Source: Myxococcota bacterium (GTDB lineage Bacteria; Myxococcota_A; UBA796; SXON01). From it: DNA of 64,000 nucleotides. Positions 57,895-64,000 of this stretch are shown piece after piece (position 1 is the first letter of the stretch; every line of letters starts with the position of its first letter). Both the position numbers and the translations under genes were made by a program. The notes beneath the pieces are model-generated. The model worked only from the letters and a program-made list of their open reading frames with translations. It ran no database searches and was not told the DNA's origin. Where the stretch lies: NCBI GenBank assembly GCA_040386535.1, contig JAZKFH010000057.1, positions 1 to 64,000 of the forward strand, written 5' to 3'.

Positions 57895-58596
57895 GTGTCC
57901 AGCCCCCTCCATCTCCACACCGTCCGCGTCCGCCGGGCCGGCGGCTTCCAGCTCAGCGTCGACGATCTCTCGGTCGAGCCGGGCACGATCGTCGGGCTGG
58001 TCGGCCGCAACGGCGCGGGGAAGACCACGCTGATGGAGCTCCTCGGGGGCCTCTGCCGGCCCGACGCGGGCACGGTGCGGGTGTTCGGGATCGATCCGTT
58101 CGCCGACCCGGTCGCCGCCCGCCGCCGGGTGGCCCACATGACGGACGACGCGCCCGTGTTCGCCCTGCCCATCGGCGCCCTGCTGCGCGCGGTCGCGCCG
58201 TTCTACCCCACCTGGGATCCGGCGCTGGCCGGCCAGCTCCTCGAGCGCTTCGAGCTCTCCGCGAGCAGGCAGGCAGGCTCGCTGTCGAAGGGGGAGGGGA
58301 CCCGATTGCGGCTGGTGCTCGCATTGGCGTGGCGGCCCGAGCTCGTGATGCTCGACGAGCCGGGCACCGGCCTCGACGTGCCGTCGCGGCGCGCCATGCT
58401 GGCCGAGGTGATGGATGTCGTGCGCGACCCCGCGCGCACCGTGCTCTTCTCCTCCCACCAGGCCGAGGACGTCGAGCGCATCGCCGACCGTGTCGTGCTG
58501 CTGCACGAGGGGCGCGTGGTGGCAGACGGGCCCACCGCCGACATCGTGGGTGAGGGCCGCACGCTCGAGCAGGTGCTCGCGGGCGGTGCCCGGTGA
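57895..58596 (+). CDS. ABC transporter ATP-binding protein (YtrB-like)
   Basis: [28 protein letters not shown] before the GTG. Confidence 0.93.
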   Translation: MSSPLHLHTVRVRRAGGFQLSVDDLSVEPGTIVGLVGRNGAGKTTLMELLGGLCRPDAGTVRVFGIDPFADPVAARRRVAHMTDDAPVFALPIGALLRAVAPFYPTWDPALAGQLLERFELSASRQAGSLSKGEGTRLRLVLALAWRPELVMLDEPGTGLDVPSRRAMLAEVMDVVRDPARTVLFSSHQAEDVERIADRVVLLHEGRVVADGPTADIVGEGRTLEQVLAGGAR

Positions 58597-59954
58597 GCGC
58601 GCTCGGGCGCCTCGCACCCGGTCGCGTCGTCCTGGCCGCGCGGCTCCAGGCCCAGGCCCTCGCGGCTCGGGGGGGCCGGGCGTGGCTGCTCGTCCTCTTG
58701 TGTGCCGGGCTCGCGGCGGCGCTGATCCTCCAGCCGGGTCCGCGGGGCAGCTTCAGCCTCATGAACAGCGTGCAGCTCGGCTACATGACCGCGGTCCTCG
58801 CCCAGATGTTGGTCCTCCCGGTCCCCTGGCGCGGCGCCACGGTGCTGCCGGGGCTGCCCGTCACGCGCGGAGAGCGGGGCCTCGGCTCCCTCCTGATGCT
58901 GGTGGTGGTGGTGGTCGGGCCGGCGGTCGCCTTTCGCCTCGGGGTGCGCGGGCTGGACGGCGTCGAGACCCTCGTGGCCGCGCTGCTCTCCGTCGGGCTC
59001 GTGGTCGTGGCGGGGGCCGCGGTCGGCTCGCACGTGGCCGGCCGCCGCCCGGAGGAGCAGGGCCGCTGGGTCTCCTTCCTCGGCCTCACCGTCGTCGCGA
59101 TCGTGGCGGGGCGCTACGGGCTCCCGGGCGCGGCGATCAGCACCGCGGGGCTCGTGGCCGCCCTGATCTGGGACGAACGGCGCGGGCGATCGGCACCCGC
59201 GGAGCTCCCCGATCGCGGGCCCCTGGGTGCGCCCTCCCGCCCCGCGGACCAGGCGCTCTGGCCCTTCGCGCGGGCAGGGTGGGCGTCCTCCCTCGCCGCT
59301 GGCGCGGGCGCCGGGCTGCTCGCCGTCGTCTCCCCGGGCCTGTTCCGTCTCGTCGACCAGGACGAGCCCCTGGCCGGCATCGCGAGCGCGATCCGCCTCG
59401 GCATCAACGAGCTCCTGCCCCCCGGGCCGGGGTTCGAGTTGGCGCTGCCGGGCCTGGTCGCGGTCGTCTTCGCCATGCAGTCCATCCTGCCGCGGGTCGC
59501 GGGCAAGCCGAGGGAGAGCGGCGTCTACGTGTTGTTGCGGCTCCCGATTGCGCCGCGCTCGCTCTACGTCCAGGAGCTCCGGATCGCCGGGCTCCGCGCC
59601 CTGCTGGTGCTGGTCGCCGCGAACCTCGTCGTCGCCCTCGCCCTGGTCCTCAACGGCTCGGTCTCGGGCCCCGCCGATCTCGCGGTGCTCGTGCTGCCCG
59701 CCCCCGTGTGGCTCGCGGTCGCGTTGTTGGCCCACGCGGGCACCGCGCTCGTGCCGATCGTCGGCGGGTGGTGGATCCGGGCCGCGCCCTGGGCCCTCTT
59801 CCTCGTCTGGTCCCAATTCGCGCTGCTCGGCGGGCTCGGTCCGTTCGCCGCCGTGGCCGGGCTGGTGCACGCCGTCGGCGCCCTCTTCGTGGGGCTCGCC
59901 ATCGGAACGCTCGCCTGGAGCGTGTCCCGCGCCGGTCGCCCCGCTACCGCGTAA
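58593..59954 (+). CDS. Polytopic membrane protein, probable ABC permease
   Basis: About 12 TMs, GTGA overlap, LPGLPVTR and LLRLPIAPR motifs. Confidence 0.75.
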   Translation: MSALGRLAPGRVVLAARLQAQALAARGGRAWLLVLLCAGLAAALILQPGPRGSFSLMNSVQLGYMTAVLAQMLVLPVPWRGATVLPGLPVTRGERGLGSLLMLVVVVVGPAVAFRLGVRGLDGVETLVAALLSVGLVVVAGAAVGSHVAGRRPEEQGRWVSFLGLTVVAIVAGRYGLPGAAISTAGLVAALIWDERRGRSAPAELPDRGPLGAPSRPADQALWPFARAGWASSLAAGAGAGLLAVVSPGLFRLVDQDEPLAGIASAIRLGINELLPPGPGFELALPGLVAVVFAMQSILPRVAGKPRESGVYVLLRLPIAPRSLYVQELRIAGLRALLVLVAANLVVALALVLNGSVSGPADLAVLVLPAPVWLAVALLAHAGTALVPIVGGWWIRAAPWALFLVWSQFALLGGLGPFAAVAGLVHAVGALFVGLAIGTLAWSVSRAGRPATA

Positions 59955-59959
59955 CGACG

Positions 59960-60457
59960 CTACCCCTCCACGAACTGCACGCCCGCGACATCGATCGCGA
60001 ACGTCTTCTGCGGCCCCACGATCGTGGAGGGGTCCCGCCCGGCGTCCTCCGCGTAGTGGCGGGCCTCCGCCTCGGGCAGCTCGGCCACGGCGAACGTGCC
60101 CTTCACGAGCACCTTCTTCCCGCCCGCGTCCTTCGGCAGGAAGATCTTGTAGTCCTTGTCCTTCACCATCACGTTCACCGTCGCGTCGCTGGTGGCGATG
60201 GTGTGCCAGCAGCCCTTCTTCTGGCACACCTCCTTGACCACGCCTTCGACGACCAGGTCCTTTCCGTCCCACGCGGCGGGGTCGGCCACCACCTTGTCGA
60301 CCGGCACGATCTCGGCGGCGGTGAACGTCTCGCCCAGCGCCACGTGCCACGCGGGCGCGGCGGGCGCCTCGGTGACGGGCGGCGTGGGGGCGACCGGGCC
60401 GGAAGACGCGGTGGGAGGCGCGGCGGGCGAGCAGGCGAACAGGAGGGCGAGCAACAT
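59960..60457 (-). CDS. DUF4920 domain lipoprotein
   Basis: LFAC lipobox, EGVVKEVCQKKGCW, ARHYAED. Confidence 0.88.
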   Translation of the reverse strand: MLLALLFACSPAAPPTASSGPVAPTPPVTEAPAAPAWHVALGETFTAAEIVPVDKVVADPAAWDGKDLVVEGVVKEVCQKKGCWHTIATSDATVNVMVKDKDYKIFLPKDAGGKKVLVKGTFAVAELPEAEARHYAEDAGRDPSTIVGPQKTFAIDVAGVQFVEG

Positions 60458-60573
60458 GGACGCCGCGTATCCGCTTGTGGGGCGCCGGGCTTTCTGCTTT
60501 GGGGCGGCGGGGCGGCTCCGGGTCACGCGGCTCTGAACGGGCGGGGCCGCCCGACCGTTCAAGGTCGGGGCAT

Positions 60574-60901
60574 GCGCAATCAACGCCTATGCATTCCCCT
60601 CAGGCGCCCGTGCAGATCCGCGGGCCGTCGCTTCCGAGGTGGTCATGTCCCCATGAATGCACGCGGCACGGAGTCATGCCGAGTTGAATGCTCGGATCCA
60701 GGCTGCGATGGCCGGCGGGCTGCCGAAAAACGCGCTTGGTTCCGTGGTGGCAGCCGTGGGAAGCCCTGACTTGACGGGAATGAACTGAATTCAGCGGCGT
60801 TCACGGTGGCATGACTCCGATTTAGCGGCGTTGAGGGGGGCATGACCCCGCCCTCGATACGCTCGTACTCGAGCGCTGATCGAGGTGCATAGGCATTGCG
60901 C
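60574..60901. mobile_element. Candidate non-autonomous (MITE-like) element with nested inverted motifs
   Basis: Outer imperfect IR GCGCAAT(caac)GCCTATGCA / TGCATAGGCATTGCGC; inner GTCATG-N7-(G/C)AAYGC pairs at 60642 and 60673, inverted at 60797 and 60828. Confidence 0.5.
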
Positions 60902-60944
60902 TCTCTCGCTGGACACCTGTTCAGTGTCCGGATACTCCGCCCGC

Positions 60945-61271
60945 ATGCCGCGCCCCAAACCCAGGCCCACCTCCCCCGAGCACCGCGCCGCGCTCACGGC
61001 GCTGCGCACCCTCCCGGCCATCGGCCCCAGCCTCGCGCAGGACCTGTGGCTCCTCGGCTACCGCGCCCCCCCGGATCTCGTCGGCGCCGACCCGATGGAG
61101 ATGTATCGCCGCCTCGAGGCGCTCTCCGGCAGCACACAGGACCCGTGCGTGCTCGACACGTTCCGGTGCGCGGTCTACGCGGCCAGCACGCCGGAGCCCG
61201 ACCCCGCGCGGCTCGAGTGGTGGTGGTGGTCGCGCCAGCGGCTCGCGGGCGAGCTTCCCGGGCACCGTTGA
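60945..61271 (+). CDS. Helix-hairpin-helix protein (Cdd1/mitomycin-resistance-like)
   Basis: LPAIGPSLAQDLWLLG, DPMEMY, QDPCVLDTFRCAV, WWWW. Confidence 0.88.
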   Translation: MPRPKPRPTSPEHRAALTALRTLPAIGPSLAQDLWLLGYRAPPDLVGADPMEMYRRLEALSGSTQDPCVLDTFRCAVYAASTPEPDPARLEWWWWSRQRLAGELPGHR

Positions 61272-61281
61272 CCAGCCATCG

Positions 61282-61406
61282 TCAGCAGCTGGGCGGCTGA
61301 TCGGCGCCCTCTGGGGTCGGCCTTCGGCCTCCGCTCGCGCGGCCGCCTCCCGGCGGCGGCGCGGAGCCGGCCGGCCCAGCCGGCCGCCCGCCGGTCACCG
61401 GCCGCG
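61282..61406 (+). repeat. Dispersed multi-hairpin element (family B), copy 3
   Basis: GGGGTCGGC..CCTCCGCTCGCGCGG..GGCGCGGAGCC..GCCCGCCGGTCACC aligns with the reverse complement of 2598-2740. Confidence 0.75.
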
Positions 61407-61456
61407 GGGGCGCTTTCGGTGAGCGCTCGCTCGCCTTCCCGCAGGTAGCCGTCGGA

Positions 61457-62881
61457 TCAGGGCGCGGCGTCCCAGGGCGCGAGGTAGAGCGAGACGTTTC
61501 CTGCCTGATCGACCGCGGCGAGGTCGAGCGTGCCGTCGCCGTCGAGATCGTAGCCGCCGCCCATCGCGTACCCGAAGTTGTCTCCGCCGCGAAAAATCGG
61601 ACCGTCTTCGGTCACAACGGTGCCGCCTGCCCGAAGCGCCGCGTTGGAGACGAGCCGAACCTCGTCCGCGAACGTGGCGCTCAGGGCGAGCCCCGTCGCG
61701 CAGTCTCCGTCCGTGATGGGAGCGATGTGGGCGCCCAGGTAATCCTGGCCCTCAGCCGTCAGCGTCACCGCGGCGTCCACCACACCCAGGGTCCGGCCGG
61801 CCCGCGCGGCCTCGGCGAGCTCGTCCCCGGCGAAGCCGTACACGCTGGTGGTGGCTCGGAGGCCCTGCATCTCGAAGAGCTCCGCAAGGCCGTCGTCGTC
61901 GAGGTCAACGAGGACCGGCGCCTTCGGGCGTTCCTGGAAGCTCAACAGCACGTCCAGATCCGCGGCGTTCAGCAGGCCACCCCGCGCACCCAGCTCGGCG
62001 GGGAGCACGACCAGGTCGCTCGTGAGGTCCTCCAGCGAGTGCAGGAGGAGCAGGTCGCGGACGCCATCCCCGTCGAAGTCCGCGTCGGCGACCGGATTGC
62101 CGTGGAGCTGCTCGGACGTGCCGACGGCGACCAGCGTGTCCGCTTCCCCGAACGCCCCGCCGGCGCCGAGCATCGCGCCGGCGAAGACGAGCGTCCGCGC
62201 ATATCCGGCGGTGGGCGCGTAGGCGGTCGCGAGGATCTCGGGGATGCCATCGCCGTCGAGGTCGGGCCCCACCGTCTCCGAGATTTGAACGAACGTGTCG
62301 TCGGGCCGCTCGTCGAGGGCAATCGTCGCGAGGGGTGCGTCGCTGTTCAGGGTGGACCACACCGCCAGGGAGCCGGCGCGCGCGTAGCCGTGCGCGACCA
62401 CGATCTCCGCCTTCCCGTCACGGTCGAGATCTCCGCCGAACCCGACGTCGAAAGCCGCTTGCGCCGTGTTCGCCCAGGCCGGGAACCAGGTTCCTGCCGT
62501 CGTGTCGCCACGAGCGAGGTCTTCGCCGCGAACGAGCGCGATCCCGCGCGTCGTCTCGTGCCAGGACTCGTAGAGGAGGTCGGGCCGCCCGCCCCCGTCG
62601 AGGTCGGCGGTGAGGCGCGTCGCGTAGGGGGATACGAGGCCGCCGACCGCGAATGTGTAGACGGAGCCCGGTGACACGCAGGGCTCGACGATCGGGCCCG
62701 TGTCGGTGTCGGGCGTACCCGTGTCGTCGAGAGTACCCGTGTCGTCGGGCGTACCCGTGTCGTCGGGCGTGGCCGTGTCGGTGTCCCTCGCGCCGGTGTC
62801 GTCCGGCTCCCCATCCGAGAACGGCGCCTCCCCCACCGGCTTCGAGTCGAGGTCCTGCGCGCAGCCGATGAGGAAGAGCAT
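61457..62881 (-). CDS. FG-GAP/integrin-like repeat lipoprotein with DDTG-repeat linker
   Basis: MLFLIGC, PDDTGT repeats, multiple DLDGDG motifs. Confidence 0.85.
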   Translation of the reverse strand: MLFLIGCAQDLDSKPVGEAPFSDGEPDDTGARDTDTATPDDTGTPDDTGTLDDTGTPDTDTGPIVEPCVSPGSVYTFAVGGLVSPYATRLTADLDGGGRPDLLYESWHETTRGIALVRGEDLARGDTTAGTWFPAWANTAQAAFDVGFGGDLDRDGKAEIVVAHGYARAGSLAVWSTLNSDAPLATIALDERPDDTFVQISETVGPDLDGDGIPEILATAYAPTAGYARTLVFAGAMLGAGGAFGEADTLVAVGTSEQLHGNPVADADFDGDGVRDLLLLHSLEDLTSDLVVLPAELGARGGLLNAADLDVLLSFQERPKAPVLVDLDDDGLAELFEMQGLRATTSVYGFAGDELAEAARAGRTLGVVDAAVTLTAEGQDYLGAHIAPITDGDCATGLALSATFADEVRLVSNAALRAGGTVVTEDGPIFRGGDNFGYAMGGGYDLDGDGTLDLAAVDQAGNVSLYLAPWDAAP

Positions 62882-62984
62882 GCCCGCACCGTGCCAGGCT
62901 TCCGCGACCGACGCAACCCCTCGTTTGCTCGTAGCTGGTGACTGTGCCCTGGAACCGGCGGTGGCCGCGGGCCTCCGCCGCCCG

Positions 62985-63635
62985 CTACTCCGCCGCGGTC
63001 ACCTGACCGCGCGCCACCGGGGTGTTCCCGCTGCCATCCTGCCCCTCGACGCCCACGTCGACGAACAACGCGTCGAACCGCCCTTCGAAGCCGAGGGAGA
63101 ACGCGCCGGCGGTGGTGCCGAGGTCGGCCAGCGCCGTGTCCGCGGCCTCGGCGATGTCGGCGGGAACCGGTGACAGCGCCAGGGTTTCGGGCAGCCAGCC
63201 GAAGTCCATGGCGTCGTCGGAGAGCGCGGTGGCGCTGAGCAAGGCCGTTCCGCTGGCGACGAACGTGCCGTCGGGATCGGTGAGCGTGACGTCCACGGGG
63301 ATGGATAGCCACGCTCCGATGCGGCCACAGGTGCCATCTCCCTCGGCAACTCCCTCGGCCAGCTCCACCGCGTGCACGGGGTCGGACCCGCGGCGGACGG
63401 TCATGCTCAGCGCCGCGACGGTCGACCCGGCGTACGACTCCGGGTGGTCCGAGACCCACGCCACGTCCCAGGCCCGTCCGTCCACGGCGGCCACGGCTTC
63501 GGCGGCCGTGAAGCCGAAGGGTGCGGCATCGTCCGCCACCTCGGCGTCCGAGACGACGTCGCAACGAATGATGATCTCGGACTCCGTGCCACAAGCCGGG
63601 AGGAGCAGGACGAACAGGAAGGGCAGGCGACGCAT
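62985..63635 (-). CDS. Lipoprotein, unknown function
   Basis: MRRLPFLFVLLLPAC lipobox; PFGFTAAE and VDVTLTDPDGTF motifs. Confidence 0.75.
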   Translation of the reverse strand: MRRLPFLFVLLLPACGTESEIIIRCDVVSDAEVADDAAPFGFTAAEAVAAVDGRAWDVAWVSDHPESYAGSTVAALSMTVRRGSDPVHAVELAEGVAEGDGTCGRIGAWLSIPVDVTLTDPDGTFVASGTALLSATALSDDAMDFGWLPETLALSPVPADIAEAADTALADLGTTAGAFSLGFEGRFDALFVDVGVEGQDGSGNTPVARGQVTAAE

Positions 63636-63762
63636 CGAACGGTCCGGGTGCAAGGACATCCTCTCCCCGAACGCGTCTCTCTGCAAGTTCGACGCGCATG
63701 TTTGGTCACGCGGCCGGTCACCGGCCGCGCCTACTCGAAGCCCAGGTTCTTCACTGCGACGG

Positions 63763-64000
63763 TCACCGCACCTCCGTCCACCCCAACAGCTCCTCCTCCG
63801 CGTCGGGCAACCACGCCGCCGCCGCCTCGTCGCCCTGCACCCACTGCAGGAACGCGGTCGTGGTGGTCGCGATGATCGGATGCGACACGGTGTCGTCGAG
63901 GAACGGCGGGTCGCAGTCCTCGTAGGTCGACACCATCCGGCAGATGTCCGAGAACGAGAAGTGGCCGGCGCCCTCGAGCTCGCCGAGCATGCGTGGCGTC
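63763..64000 (-). CDS. C-terminal part of an alpha/beta hydrolase (truncated by window end)
   Basis: LEGAGHFSFSDIC catalytic-His motif. Confidence 0.7.
   Translation of the reverse strand, partial: TPRMLGELEGAGHFSFSDICRMVSTYEDCDPPFLDDTVSHPIIATTTTAFLQWVQGDEAAAAWLPDAEEELLGWTEVR

Noticed and set aside
62695..62805. 18-bp repeats as an independent DNA element
   Set aside because: In-frame PDDTGT linker repeats of the lipoprotein.
62881..62896. Sigma54 promoter (TGGCAC-N5-GGGC) before the FG-GAP lipoprotein
   Set aside because: Weak -12 element abutting the ATG, so the TSS would fall inside the gene.
61282..63729. Integron attC cassette array
   Set aside because: No RYYYAAC/GTTRRRY boxes around the hairpins and no integron integrase in the window.

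Overview
A very GC-rich bacterial window. Its gene content (many lipoproteins, FG-GAP proteins, CotH kinases, a sigma54 two-component system, a GldAFG-DUF4340 ABC cluster) suggests Myxococcota/deltaproteobacteria, which is an inference. About 55 probable genes are present, mostly metabolic and envelope functions, including ppc, XPB-type helicase + DUF790 nuclease, a TonB-dependent receptor, glycosyltransferases, a radical SAM pair, a pentaheme cytochrome and a GntR/ABC divergon. I recognised no rRNA, tRNA or CRISPR array. The most unusual signals are non-coding. (i) A Y1/HUH (RAYT-like) transposase sits beside an array of 51-bp palindromic repeats interrupted by unique inserts, with a diverged sister array about 20 kb away. 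(ii) A dispersed ~140-bp multi-hairpin element with compensatory base changes lies just downstream of stop codons. (iii) A ~330-bp element carries nested inverted motifs. (iv) A highly structured ~280-nt region follows an HTH gene of unknown function. (v) Tandem repeats at two gene junctions create chains of start/stop-overlapping mini-ORFs. There are also window-wide signs of leaderless transcription and ultra-short lipoprotein signal peptides, and a fully readable sigma54 promoter/enhancer ahead of a CotH kinase + Spy/ZraP-like + two-component operon. All protein calls come from motif recognition by eye; no database searches were run.
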